This document shows positions 1-13,393 of a stretch of 64,000 bases of DNA, one piece after another. Position 1 is the first letter of the stretch; every line of letters begins with the position of its first letter. The notes under the pieces are model-generated. The model was not told where the DNA came from and searched no databases. It worked only from the letters and a program-made list of their open reading frames with translations. A program made the translations under genes and the position numbers. The stretch is from assembly GCA_043228905.1 (NCBI GenBank), contig JBHGNT010000007.1, forward strand, positions 11,036,001 to 11,100,000. Direction: 5' to 3'. Source of the DNA: Azolla caroliniana. Taxonomy: Eukaryota > Plantae > Polypodiophyta.

Positions 1-639
1 TCACATTCGTTGGGTTTCCCATTCGAATTCAAACGAATACGAATATGAATGGGTGGTCAAGTATTCGTTTAAGTCAAAAAAAAAAAAAAAAAAACTGTCT
101 TTTTTAATTTCTTAGGATAAAAAAAAAGCAACTTGACAATAAATAGGGATAATAAAAGAGGGACTTGGGGATTTGACACTACTAAAGTTTTATAATAAAT
201 ATATAACTTATAAGTTATAAGTATTCGTTTTATTTTTAATAAATAAATAAAATAAAATAAAGATTCATTAATTTCTCACTTTTTATTCCCCCAAAATTTA
301 TGGATATTTTTATTTTGATATTAAAAATAGTACTTCAAAATAATCATATCTTCAAAGTTCATACTAATCATATTTGTATAATAAATATAAAAATATTCGA
401 TTTTTAAAAATTAATTAATTGATTGATTAATTAAAATAAGTTTTATAAACTCTCTTGACACTATAATCTATTAATGAATAATTGTTCTTTTTTTGGTGAA
501 ATAAATTTATTTAAATAAATAAATAAATATTTTATATTTATTTTGCAAAACGAATCGTTTTTTAATATTCTTTGGGCCATTTCATATTCTCGAATATTGA
601 GAATATTGCGCATGGAGAATATCGCAAATATCACGCATG
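1..639. mobile_element. AT-rich probable DNA-transposon (hAT/MITE-like) end
   Basis: Clustered TATTCG/CGAATA motifs at 1-70 and 550-630 around an AT-rich core, ending ...CACGCATG; the other end and TSD are outside the window. Confidence 0.35.
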
Positions 640-916
640 CGTCAATCTATGGTGTCTGGTATGCTTGTCCACATTAATTAAAGCATTAAGCCTCCTCTTC
701 ATTCATCATTGCGCCATGTGTCAAGACACTAGGCAGCCTACTGTGAAGCAATCACACTCATCTTGTAAAAGCTATAAAAGCCACTTTGTAGTGTCTGGTA
801 TGCTTGTCCACATTAATTAAAGCATTACGCCTCCTCTTCTTGTCTCCCTAATTTTAATTAAGTGCTAAGACAAATTAATGATAGTGATTAGTAAGCCAAG
901 AGCTAATCTCACACCT

Positions 917-1363
917 TGTTGGTGCACAACCTCTTTACACCAAAAAGAATGTTGATAATAAGATATTGTCAGCAGCAAAATAGACACAACCAAGTTGTGA
1001 GAAGGTTGTTAGACAATAGTAGCAAAAATGGTTGCAAAGAGTAGAGACACAACCAAAGAGCAGAGCTTGTTTGCAAGTAGCAGCAAAAATAAAGTCTTTA
1101 CGAAAGAGGTTGGTATAGCCTATTTATACAAAATTGGGGAACGTGGGTGAAATGGTTGTTTGGTAGTTAAGTGACTCTTGTACTACTAAAGAGTTACAAT
1201 GAACTAGGAATAAGAGGGAATATCTTGGAAAAAGTGGAAGAGAGAGAAGGCATTTAAAGTGTTGCAAATTCTAGAGAGAGAAGAATCTAGGAAGAGAGAG
1301 AATGTAGAAGAGAGATAATAAAGATGAAAGAGAGTGCAAGTCTGGGGTTGCCACCCACCAACA
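917..1363 (-). mobile_element. LTR (probably the 5' LTR of a truncated element)
   Basis: Perfect 8-bp terminal inverted repeat TGTTGGTG...CACCAACA; TATAAATA on the minus strand near 1122; flanks do not match as a TSD. Confidence 0.5.
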
Positions 1364-3600
1364 TGAAGCACATAACAGCTTTAAGGACAAGGACAAAGGG
1401 CAAGCAAATGTAATCACTAGTATCATCATTGAGGAGCCATCAAATGCAAACGATATTCATTGTGCTACCATGGCAACGAATGATGCTATTTTTATTCATG
1501 TACAGGATATGCAAAGTACAAAGAGCGATATAATTGATGCCTTGCTTACATTGAATGACGCTTCGTCACAAACATGGATTGTGGATTCGAGTGCATCATT
1601 CCATGTTACTCCTATTAAGGAGTGTTTTACTACCTTTCATACAGGCAGCCATGGACATGTATATCTTGGAAATAACCATGCTAATTCTATTGAAGGTATT
1701 AAATAACCATGTTTATTCTATTGAAGGTATTGACACAATGCATCTCATTGTGGATGGTACTAATGAGCAGGTTTTCCATGACGTAAGGTAGTTACCAAGC
1801 ATCAAGAAAAGCTTATTGGCTATTGGATGAATTGATATGCATGGATATAGTACTTTGGGAAAGGGTCATAGAAGCTTATAAAAGACTCTAGCTAAATGTT
1901 AACGGTACAACGCAAGGGATTTTGTATTGCTTGCATGGTAAATCTTTGATAGGAAAGTTTATTGCATTGGCTGAACCCTCGGAATGCACTACATTTGGAT
2001 GGCAATAATAATGAGCCAATGATTATTCAGCCAGATGATGTTGGATAGCAAAATGACGCACCTGATGGCCATATGCAGCCACCTATTCATGCTGAAAACA
2101 GGGCTGGAAATGATGTACAGCAGCCCATTAACAATGAAGATGTCAATATACCTCCTGATGTAGATCCATTGCCAGATGATGTGGATCATTGGGTAAGAAG
2201 ATCCACACGTCCTAAGAGGCAAGTGAATAGATATGAGCCTTCTACACATTACATCATGTAATCAGATGACGGTGAGGCAAAACTACGTGAGCTAAGAAGA
2301 AGCGCATGCAAATGATACTTGGGATTTGGTTGAGTTGACCACTACATGTCTTGTTTGCTCTCACAGCTGCCTCGGATTTGGGATTATTCCAAATGGATGT
2401 TAAAACAGCCTTGGTTATTTAGACAAAGAACTGTACATGAAACAGTCAAAAGGATATGCCGTTCCTGGAAAAGAGCATCTGGTATGCAAGTTGAAAAGGA
2501 GCTTATCCGGGCTGAAACAGGGCCCCAAGCAATGGTATAAGAAGTTTGATGCATTTATGCTAAAATATGAGTTCAAATGAAGCCATCCAAACCACTGTTT
2601 GTACAGTAAAAAGGATGACGATGGCAGCCCAATTATTCTCGTACTCTATGTAGATGATATGCTGCTGGTAGGAAAGAAAAAGAGCACTCCGAATGCTCTA
2701 AAACAGAAGCTGAACTCTGCATTCTCAATGAAAGACCTTGGGGAAGCTCAGCATATTCTTGGTATACGAATAAATGGGGATAGGTAGCAGTATACTTAGC
2801 ATTTATCCCAAGAAAAGTACATTGAAAAAGTGCTGGACAGATTTAATGCGGCTGATGCTAAGTCTCTTGGAGTGCCACTACAGCCACATGTTAAGCTTTC
2901 CAAGGATGATTGTCCCAAAGATGATGATGCAGCCAATACATGAAGAATGTTTCATATGCATCAGTTTGTGGTTCACTTATGTATGCTATGGTTGCCGCTT
3001 GGCCAGATGCAGTCAGAGTTGTTAGCAGGTTCATGGCTAGTCCTAGTAGAGGTCATTTCAAGGCAATAAAATCTATATTAAAATATTTGAAGTGGACCAA
3101 AGGTAAATGCCTCTGTTATGGAAAGGGTCCATTAGAGTTAAAAGGATTTTGTGATTCAGACATGGCAGGTGATGTGGATACACACAAGTTCACAAGTGGT
3201 TATGTATACACTCTTGCAGTTGGAGCTATTTCATGGTGCTTTAGGCTTCAAAGAATAGTTGCACTATCTACTAGAGGCTGAATATATTTCAGCTACAGAG
3301 GCTTCTAAAGAAGCCATTTGGTTAGCCCGCTTGTGCAATGAGTTTGGGATGCCTTAAAAAGGAAACTGTTCTTTGATGTGATAGCCAGAGTGCAATATGT
3401 TTGGCAAAGAATGTAATGTTTCATGCTCACACAAAGCATATTGATGTGAGATACCACTTCATCAGAGAAGTGCTAGAAAATGGCCTAATCAATTTGATCA
3501 AGGTCAATACTTCATAGAATCCTGCAGATGCTCTCACAAAGTGTCTACCCAAGGCACAACATCAGCTATGCATAGAGATGGTGGAAGTTACTTAGCTTAA
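1364..3600 (+). pseudogene. Degenerate Ty1/Copia gag-pol remnant (protease, RT, RNase H; most of integrase deleted)
   Basis: WIVDSSASFHVTP protease motif, LYVDDML RT motif, YASVCGSLMYAM and FCDSDMAGD RNase H motifs, broken by many stops and frameshifts. Confidence 0.9.
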
Positions 3601-3899
3601 AGGAGCATCCTTGGTCCTTTGAGAGCTTTCTAGACACATCTTTACTATATTTTTGACCCCAATTTGGGGGTTTATAGGCATTTGCATTATCTTTATAACT
3701 TTTGGTCATTGGCCATGTGTGAACATGTCAAAATGACCTAACGTTACTTGTGAATAATAATTGGTCCCAAACCTCTCATAATGAGATAAGGGACTTTCCA
3801 TGGCTAGGGTTTCCTCTCCATTTTTTGCACTATCTTCTCTAGTTTCTCTCTCCTCACACAACAGCCCACTCCCTTGGTGCTTTGGATCTGACCTCACCA

Positions 3900-4772
3900 T
3901 CATCATCTCTCTTTATGGACATACATCTATCCTATGCGCTGCGTAGTGTGATAGGGCAGCTGCAAACTTCATCACATCAGCTACAGATTGAGGTAGGCAC
4001 ATATACACGACTACCTCTAGAAGAGAGAATTTGCCAATTGTGTCATCAAGGAGTGGAATCTGAAGAACACTATGTTTGTCATTGTAGTGTCTTTTATGAA
4101 ATCCGAGGGAGATACCATTGCCTCTTTAAACAAGGCTTTGGCCCACTCCGCAAGGTAATGGAATATGAGGACCAACGATGCCTAGGACTTTTCTTGCTAG
4201 AGCTCAAGAGACATCGGGAAAAGTTGTTGAAGAATACAGCAACACAAGCTCATCCACAAAGAACAATCACAACTTTCTTTAGCCCCATCACTCCTAATGC
4301 TAGATGTCAACCCCGAGATACACAAATGGGCTTCAGACCAGGACATAACAAAGGGGTTACAATTGATCAGGCAATGGCAATTTGCCGTGCACGTAGGCCT
4401 CAGCCCCATGGACCACGACCTCGACACCCTTGTCATCGACAGATAAAAGCCATTATCGCCCGCCATCGTAGGTGTTTCTCTCGCTTCAAAGACATTTCCA
4501 TTCTGGATCGACCTATGCTAGAGATCTTTTGAAGACAAAAGCTACAATATACCTAGCTTGAGGATCTCACATGTGCCAAAAACCAGATTCCCTCATTTCT
4601 TTTCTTTTCATGTTATTTACTTTTATATTTACTGTGTAATATTTATTTTATTTTGATTTGTTCTCAAAGACGAGACAACACTTAAGATGTAATCTCTTAT
4701 TTGGTCTTATAGGCCATTTTGGCCTCTTAAAAGACGTTAATATATCTTTCTTTCTTTCTTTCTTTCATTCTT
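3900..4772 (+). mobile_element. 5'-truncated non-LTR retrotransposon (LINE) 3' end, RTE-X/L2-like
   Basis: ORF 3882-4532 with SSHQLQIEVG...EERICQLC...VESEEHYVCHC C-terminal Cys/His motif, then a 3' UTR with a stem-loop (4704-4735) and a (CTTT)n tail at 4746-4772. Confidence 0.7.
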
Positions 4773-5961
4773 TTGCATGATAAGTTTAATCATACATTTG
4801 GGATGCAACACTTGGTATCAAAGCGAGAACACAAATTAGAAGGGGATATGCCAAAGGAGGAGAAGGCTCACGAGGAAAGAGAAGCGATGAAGAGATTGAA
4901 TCAGAATCGAAAGCAAGACACCATGGAGAAAAGAGGCACCACGAGACATTGCGATCAAGCAAGGAATGAGGAGCCATGCAAGGTGAGGGAACGAGTCACT
5001 TCCTCGACTGGAAGCAACATGCAAAAGACTTCCCAATTCGACCAAGGTTGTTTAGTTTGGAGGACCACACTTAGCTAAGAAGTGCCCTAAGAGAGAGGGT
5101 GGTTCCTCTCAAGTTGGCAGCTAAGTGGAGCTCAATGAAGACAAAGAAGATGAGCCGGTTATCGAGTTTCGAGCCAAGGCGTTTTTTATGAAGGTATGCT
5201 CGACCAAGGATGATGAGCAAAGTTCAAAGATAGAAGAAAGGCCTCGGAGGGCCTTAGAGCACAAGATCGAGAACAAGGTGGGTGACCATGAGGCAAAGGC
5301 AGAGGGACTCCTTCACAGAGCCATGGTACGAAGAATCGGAATCGGTCTAAGTGAGGTGAACTCAACGGAGGAGGTTGACCAAGAAGTGAAGATGAAGCAA
5401 TTTCCTCTAAGGTACATAGAAGAGAAGTTTGAGAGCGGCTGGGACAGCACAAAACGGAGTGCCCAAAACTTCGAAGCACTTGAAGCAGTTTTGTGAGCTT
5501 GATGGGACTCAACCTCTAGAGGACTTGGGTGAATGTGGTGTCCCTATTCTGTCCCAACTGTGACACAGTTCCAAAATTGACTGGGCTCACCAAGGAGCCC
5601 ACAACCAGTCCCAAAAGGGGCGACACCATGTTCTGCCCCAACGGGTAGTCCCAAGGGACATCTGTGGCCTTATAAAAGGAGGAGATCACTCCTCATTCTC
5701 TCATTCTCAGATTCACTCATTTTGCTCAAAGGAGTGTGGTAGTGCTCTCTCTCCCTCCAATAAGTTTTGGAGTTGTCCCGACTTGTACCGAATCGTCCCA
5801 ACTCATGTTTTGATTTTGTCCCAATATTGGGACTTGTAATATTTTGAGTTGTGAACCTCACAACCTAATATAAGAGCATTTCTGTCCCATGTTTATTTCC
5901 AATGTGTGTCTTGTGTGTGATAAGTTTAATCTTGGTTTTGGGACGTACGTCTTTGTCATCA
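4773..5961 (+). mobile_element. Non-coding LTR-element remnant (PBS, degenerate internal region, 3' LTR about 5534-5961)
   Basis: ...CAACA followed by tRNA-Met-type PBS TGGTATCAAAGC at 4813; TG...CA segment 5534-5961 containing TATAAAA at 5672. Confidence 0.5.
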
Positions 5962-6027
5962 AAAAATATATCTAGTAGCCCAAACAAAGAATATATCTAT
6001 TACACATATTTTTCACTATGGACAAGT

Positions 6028-6250
6028 TTCCCCCTCATTAATTTCCTTGTCACTGAAATCTGTAAGCACCACCTCTAATACATAAATCACAACATCTCAT
6101 CCATCTTCATAAATATCCATGTAATACAACCCAATCATTCCCCTCACTAATTTCCCTGCTGCTGATTTCCCTAAGCACCACCCCTAGTACATAAATCCCA
6201 ACATCTCATCCATCTTCTGAAATATCCATGTGATACAACTCAATCATTCC
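6028..6250. repeat. Diverged tandem duplication of about 110 bp (intronic)
   Basis: Two copies of TTCCCCTCA...TAAGCACCAC...ACATAAATC...CATCTCATCCATCTTC...CAATCATTCC. Confidence 0.8.
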
Positions 6251-6295
6251 ATCCACAAAAACGGTAACTAACTTAGAGACAGTTGGATAACTCAC

Positions 6296-9200
6296 GGGAA
6301 CAAGTGCTGGAGACAACGTATCATATCCACCAAAAGCTTGGAACTGAGGTTATCCTTGAATAGATTTGGCAAGTTAGATGGTTTTACAATCTGTACAATA
6401 TAAATTGAGATCATAAGTTAATTTTGCTTTCTAGTAGACTATAATAAACAAGACAAGTTGACATCAAAACACATGCAACTATTTCTGAAACATACAAACC
6501 TTTAAAATACCAGATTGTTGAACCGGACTACTGGAAAAGCTTTTCCAAGCAGCTTCAAATTCATAAAATGACCTTGGTGCTTCGACCACAGTGTGTGTAG
6601 AGACACGCACAGCAGAAGCCTGAGCTACGGCAGCTTGTAAAGTATCCATTTTCTCCGATAGCTAATTTAAAATTATACCCCATCAGAATGTCAGCTTTAA
6701 AATCTTGGTACTTTAATTAGGTTGTATCTTCTGCTATAATATCCAACTGTTAACTTCATCTTAGAGATGAACTTGAGCAATCAGAAGGTGGTGTAAAATT
6801 AGAGACAGGGGCTTATCAGCATCCTCAAAGGCCAAATGTGGCCTATGGCAATTAGGGAGCAAGAAACATATATTACCATCTCTAGAAGATCATGATGACC
6901 TATTAGATCTGATCAATGAATAACATCATTTATGGTCACAGACCAAGGCAAGCAACGAAAGCAAAAAACGATAAACCAATCTAAATTCGAAAGAGAAGAA
7001 GCTTTAAGAAAGACAACTGATATTAATCAGAATCAGAATGCTTTATTGACAATAAACAGGCCTAGGCACAATGGGTCTAATCAACCTAATACAACTATGA
7101 CATAATCTTGAATTACCTGTACATGGCTTTTTATCCGGATTCTGATGTGCAATTAAAAAAAATCTAAGCTTGCATTTGTAGATTATTAGCCTCATTGGCT
7201 TAATTACCAGAATCTCAATACCTGTTGTGATACTAATGGTTTTTTGGAAATATATCGATGAGATTCATCTCTTGATAATGCATCCTTCTGATCACTGCTA
7301 TCTGGTATATCTTTACATTCAGCACCAGTGGTTTCCTCTCTTTTTATTTCTTCAATAGGAACTGGATGCTTTTTTTCTATATGCTTCATATCTGTTATCT
7401 GCATAAAATATATTTTTTAAGTTCGGATCCTTTCAATTTGTCAGTTAGAACCTACATATACAATTCCAAATTACCTCCCAATTAATCCCTATGTTGTACC
7501 ATTATATGACACAAAACCATCCATACAGATACTAAGGGCAATATTAAGAACAGGGAACAACTAACAATATGTTTCTTAATCTACAATTGTATAAAACAAG
7601 CAAAATCTACTATATTTAGATATGATATTGAGACCCAGAATGGGCATTTGCATGTGTTGGAAATACATTTGAATCAAATACATGCTGGATTTTACAGACA
7701 TCAAAACATTTCCTGCCAATCTCCGGGATTTCATGCCTTAAGAACATCAATGGCTCAGATTTTCATTTTGGGTGTGATTTGCTATAAAGGACAACTGCTG
7801 CCATAGTGGACCCATTCTTGGAAGACAGATGGGTGTCTAATAATTATGTAACTCATAACCTTGAAGATTAATTCAATCTGGCTATAGAAATGAAATTCAG
7901 ACAATAATAATGGGTGTCTGTAATAATTATGTAAGGTTCATTCAAACAAAGGTATCATATAATTTTAATTTACTAATAGTTTGCTAAAAGAAAAGCATCA
8001 TAGAATCTGGCAAGCATTAAAAGTTGTCATCAAGATGATTTAATAATTGAATGCATGAGAAATGGCTTTTTGCCATGAAAACTTTCACAACTCTCGGATC
8101 ATGACTCTCTTTCCATGCATTGGCAGCTTGATCAGTTTACATATACCATTCTGAAATCACTGATCTACAATCCTTAACCGTTAATTCCTGCACTCATCTC
8201 CATCAACTAGGTATTTGTTACAGGCATGACCATAATTTACCCCATGGTAGTTTGTACCATAGTATTCCACACGCGAGGATAAAAGTGTGAGGGTTAACCG
8301 AGGGTGTCAAGAATTGAGGATTACTTTTAATCCTAGGAATTGAGACAACCCATAAGGCCCAAGTGTGAACTTGCCTTGGAGCTTTAGGTCTAGCTATAAA
8401 TATGAGACCTAGATACCCTCATTACACACATTATTTGACAACGTCGAGATTGTGACCTTGTGGTGCACAAACTCTTGTGGCTGGCGCATGCCAATACCAG
8501 GTACAACTCAATGTCATGGGGTGACTAGGGTTAGTCTCGATCCCTTCACTCAGGGGTGGTCAGGTGGATAGGCACCCTTATTTCTCTCTCTTCCTCTTTA
8601 TTATCTATTATTTAATTCCTTGTTTTATGCTTACATTAGAAATAATCTCTAACAGCATTATAGGCATGCATGAGCACCATGAGGAACATGACACAGTCGC
8701 ACTTGTTCCCATCTAAACACGAAAGGCTTGAAGTGAGTAGTCCCAAACATAATGAGATCATATCTCTTATTGGTGTTCCTCATGTTAGTTGTGTGTTATG
8801 ATTTTGTACATTTCTTTCTTACTGACTTTATCTCCATTTTGATTGTCCCATCTTCCATAGATGCGTGAGAAGTAGCAGAATCGAACGTGGTAGGCAGGAA
8901 GGTAGCATCAGAGAGAGCTCATAAATACATAACACATGCAGAAAATGTCATAAAAAGGGCATTGCATTTAAAAGACCTTCTTGCACATTTCTTTTACTGT
9001 TGCATACTGCTCTTTGAGAAGTAGCAGAATCGAAAGTGGTAGGCAGGAAGGTAGCATCAGAGAGAGCTCATAAATACATAACACATGCAGAAAATGAAGG
9101 GCATTGCATTTAAAAGACCTTCTTGCACATTTCTTTTACTGTTGCATACTGCTCTTTGAGTTCCTTGTTGTCTGGCTCTAATCGCAATGCGAATTCAGCA

Positions 9201-12200
9201 TCTGCCATTATAAGAAATGTATCCATCAAGATTCAGCACCTAGTTTCCATAATTCCTTTTGTGATTGATGAAGCACAAAGACATATTTCAATAACAAAAA
9301 AACAACCTAAATCAAAATGATGGAAGGAACTATCAAACATGCTTCAAAATAGGTGTCAGAATGAGGTGGATAAATTTCTGAAGGTCAATCTTCGATCCAA
9401 CTAACAGTAACACTTAACTTGAGATTTATCTGCCCACTGCATTATGGACATTATTAAATATTGACTTTCAGGAGAGGAGAACGTAGAACAATTATCTTTA
9501 AGAACATATACAGCCTCCAGCCTACATGAATCTGGTGTAACTTAGCCAAGCTAAACATGCCTACAATACAAGAGGCAATTATCTTAAAAACACGTACCGC
9601 ATCCACACTACCTGAAACACATGAGGTCACAAAACAGACAGTAAGAAAATGCTTTAATTGCTGAATCTTACTTCCAGGTATGTTGCATACTTTGAATGAT
9701 TCAACTATGACCAAATATAGCTATAGAAAAACTCCAAAATACTCCTGAGTTTTCTTTATTTGCCTAATGCACTTTATCAGCCCATTGCATTATGGCCATC
9801 ATTGATTATTAGCTTTTAATAAAAGAGATCATCCAAGCTATATATCCATACATTGCAAGAGATTATTATCTTTAAGAAAGTTTAAGGCCTCCAGATCATA
9901 TGAATATGGGGTTATAGATAGGCTATGGAACATATGAACCCACAAAATGGATAGGCTGACAAAGATTTAGTTACTGAATCTTACTTAAATGTGTGTTGCA
10001 TACTTTGAATGAATGCATTGTGACCAAATATAGTTAGAGAAAAACTCTGAAACACCTGAGTCTTCATTATTTCCCCAATATAGCGGAGTTTTCATTATTT
10101 CTGAAATGCCACTGTCTAAATCCCAGAAGAATGTCAACGGGGGAGAGTTGATCATATGCTTGCTCAAATAGCATACATAATTGAGAAACGGATAAACTGA
10201 CTACACAATTTCTAAATTAGCATATATGATTACTCCTTTGGGAGGTGGCAAAGGGCATTCAAGAAAATAGCAAAATCTTTAGGGACATTTGGCTAAAGGG
10301 AAAAAAACTCAGGGATATTTCAACATTTTGCCCTCATAGTTACCTTCAAGTGCCCCTAGATAGTTCCCTAATTCTTTCCGTGCTGTGCTTCTCCGCGCAT
10401 ATGCCTTCACATAATGATCATCCAACGCAATTGCCTCTGTACAATCTAATTCAGCTTCTTTGAACCTGGTTCAGACATGAGTAATGAGCTTAACTAAAGA
10501 GCTAATTCAATATTCCCTAATATGCAGCCATATGAAAAGTTTTTAATTTAAAATGAAACATAAAAATAAAGAGTAGAAACCTCCTGATTTTGATATATGC
10601 CATAGCCCTGTTTGCGTATGCAACACTAGACGGCTGCAAACCTATGCTTCTAGAGTAGCAATCAATAGCTTGCACAAACTTCTTCTCTTTGAAGTATTTG
10701 TTACCCTGAAAGAATAAAAAATAAAGAAAACTAGAAGCACTCAAAAAATTTCCAGATTACTACCATTGAATCATTAAATTGTCACACATATGAGCCCTTC
10801 TAACCAAATCTTTCTCTGAAGTAGAATCAGTAAAGGAATCTGATGGTGATGGTTTAAAAGCCACAGGGAAAACACTTGCAGTCCCCGACTTTGTTGATGG
10901 TATCTGTTCCATTTTCTTCAATTTCTTTTCCTCCTCATTACCTACTTCTTTGGCCAACTCATCTCCGTCAGCTTCTCTTAATGCAGCCTCCTTCAGAATA
11001 TAAACAAGTATATAGGTATATATAAAGAGATTCAGCTCAGAATCACCAAAGAGAACCATAATTATCCACAGGAAAGGACTAATTCTTAAATTATTTAAAA
11101 GATACCACATCAAATTTGGCCCATTTGGCATGAGACTTGTCATATGTGTGCTGGGCAGCTGTTTTGTATGATGTCCCTCCATTGATAGTTCTCTTCGACT
11201 GTTCTAATGCTTGAATCTCTGGTGTTATTTTGATATGTTTCCTTTGTAATTGCTCACGTTTGAGTCCTGCCTGGGGTACACTTTCACTGCGGCCACGTAT
11301 AGGAGGTGTATCCTGCACTTTAGAACACAAACCGGAAACCCACATTCACACACTAGGCATTATTTGTTAGACCACCTAAATAAAGGTGGTTACATAGGTA
11401 TCTTCCCGTTAAGAAAGCACTGTATCGAATAAGTTGATAAAGAGTAGTTATCCAAATAACAGCTCTTCAGGTAATTATCTTATTGAAATAATGTTTTCTT
11501 CTCAATAGTTTGGCCAAATACCTCTCTAACCACTTTCATTTACTGCCAAGAAAACAACTATTATTCACCATCTTATTGAAAACATGCTCTCTCTCACACA
11601 GACATGGATCTATGAATATGTAATAGACTCAAGCTAAATTTCACTCATTGTAGGTAATAAATATTTAAAATAATCGCCAAACTAGCAAAAGATGTGAGAC
11701 AACCATAACATAGATATCATATACAATAGGATTCTTATTAAACTTCCAAGAAGTGAAAAGATTCAGTAATACACTCAGTTACATCAAAACTTTAGACTAT
11801 GGAAAAGAGTCTATTACGCTATGGTATAGCAAGAATTTATAATATAGAACGCATTCGAAACAAACAAGAAATCCATCTGAAAATGTGTACAAAATGTGTA
11901 ATGCGTACCGAAACACCATCACGAGGTTTGCTCTTAAGTTCTTTATCTTTTTCTTTCACTCGTGTTTCCCACTGGTTCAAATCCTTTAGAAACTCTTGAA
12001 GCTCCTGTGAAAGAATAAGCAAACACAGACAGACATAAAAATGAGTATACAGAAAGACATCAAGAGAGAGATATGGAGACTTATGCATGAATTAAATTAG
12101 AAAGATTAAGTATATAGACAAGCAATCTCATTGGAAGAAATGATCATATAACATTATGGTGCATAACAGTGATTTTCAAAACAGAAAATGTGCTATGTTC

Positions 12201-12553
12201 TAAGTGATGTTTTCTGTTAATACAAACGAATATTTGTGTTTTTACTTCTCAGATACAAACAAAGATTATGTAGGGTTCCTCCGTTTGACCAAAAACAGAA
12301 ACTGAAGTTTTTTGGCGAAGCATACGTAAATCAGAACACTGATGATAAGAATCAACAAAAATATGAAAATTTAACCTGAAAAATATGAAGGAGAATGAAA
12401 AAGGAGGACAGGACTGATGTGTTTTTCTACTATGAAGAAACAACAACAACATGAACAACGAAAAATAAACCTTTCAAAAACACGAAGAGATGAAGCAAGA
12501 AGGAATCCAACCATGGTATTCTCACGAATCTGTTTCTGAGCTTCGAACGACAT
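6296..12553 (-). CDS. RPAP3: RNA polymerase II-associated protein 3 (RPAP3/Spaghetti/Tah1-like TPR co-chaperone of the R2TP complex), 3'-incomplete
   Basis: Ten phase-consistent GT-AG exons: 12553-12512, 12004-11909, 11312-11106, 10990-10805, 10705-10581, 10465-10344, 9201-9119, 7398-7222, 6661-6500, 6390-6296 (1295 nt). They encode the RPAP3 N-terminal motif (QKQIRENTMELQEFLKDLNQWE), a carboxylate-clamp TPR triad (GNKYFKEKKFVQAIDCYSRSI...YANRAMAY...YVKAYARRSTARKELG) and the start of RPAP3_C (APRSFYEFEAAWKSF...LPNLFKDNL). Confidence 0.9.
8216..8654 (+). mobile_element. Solo LTR in RPAP3 intron 7
   Basis: TGTTA...TAACA termini, TATAAAT near 8395, near-perfect 5-bp TSD GTATT/GCATT. Confidence 0.7.
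8866..9160. repeat. Tandem duplication of about 150 bp covering the 3' half of RPAP3 exon 7 and its splice donor
   Basis: 8866-9018 and 9016-9160 are near-identical apart from a small indel and a substitution. Confidence 0.9.
9426..10065. repeat. Old diverged intronic duplication (about 300-330 bp units)
   Basis: Collinear shared blocks GCCCA.TGCATTATGG, ATTATCTTTAAGAA, CTGAATCTTACTT, TGTTGCATACTTTGAATGA, TGACCAAATATAG. Confidence 0.7.
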
Positions 12554-12603
12554 CACTGGAGAATGAAGAAGGAAAGGCAGATGAAAGTCGTCAGCTTCTG
12601 CCT

Positions 12604-12708
12604 GTTCGTTCGTTCGTTCGTTCGTTCGTTCTTGCTCTTCTTTCTTTTCACTTCCCAAAGAATTCTCTCTCTCTCTCTCTCTCCCTCTCCCTCTCCCTCT
12701 CCCTCTCT
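12604..12708. repeat. (TTCG)n and (CT)n/(CCCTCT)n microsatellites in the RPAP3 5' leader/promoter
   Basis: Directly visible. Confidence 0.9.
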
Positions 12709-12723
12709 ATGTGCCCTTCCAAG

Positions 12724-13393
12724 CATAGTATGAACCATCCGAACCATTCGTGCATTCGTGTTCGAGAACGATTCAATCATTCGAGAAGGGTAAACCCTCG
12801 AAGAATAATAAATACCATACTTTTGGTTAAATTATTTACTATAAGATAAATATTTTTTCAAGGTAAAAAAAATTTTAAAAATTGAAAAAAAAACACATTA
12901 CCTTCTTAATAACAATATGCATTTTTTCGTAAATTCTAATAACAACTATCCAAAATGCCTACTCTTCAAAAAAATTCTCAATGAGGTGTTAATCAAAACG
13001 AACATTCCTAATCTTCATTCAAGGTAAAGGTAATATCATCATCATCAAAATCATCATCCTCATCATCATCTTGTGATATCATCATCCTCATCTCTGAAAT
13101 TTCATCACTGAAATTTAAACCCTAATACCTATTATTAAACCTAATTATACCTGAATGTCGTGAGTCGTTGGTATGCACTGTGCAGATCGTTCGAGGCTAA
13201 GTGGGAGAGGAGAGGAGAGCGTAATGTTACATGTAGAGGAGAAGGGGGAAAATGAGGGGAAAATGAAAACAAAAATGAAAAAAGGAAAAAAAAGGAAAAA
13301 AAAACACACGAATTTTTTAATATCATTCGTGTTCGTTTTCCAACGTAGGAAAACGAATGATATGGCTGACGAACACGAATTTTACGTACTATG
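12724..13393 (+). mobile_element. Non-autonomous hAT-type MITE, copy 1
   Basis: TIRs CATAGTATG...CGTACTATG with a perfect 8-bp TSD CTTCCAAG (12716-12723 and 13394-13401). Confidence 0.85.

Noticed and set aside
4773-5496. Host genes in ORFs 4773-5078 and 5125-5496
   Set aside because: They lie between a PBS and an LTR, are low-complexity and purine-rich, and have no domain signal
7117-7141. Extra 25-nt RPAP3 micro-exon (CAG...GTAATT)
   Set aside because: It would break the frame between phase-0 exons 8 and 9, or create a stop if the alternative donor at 7207 were used
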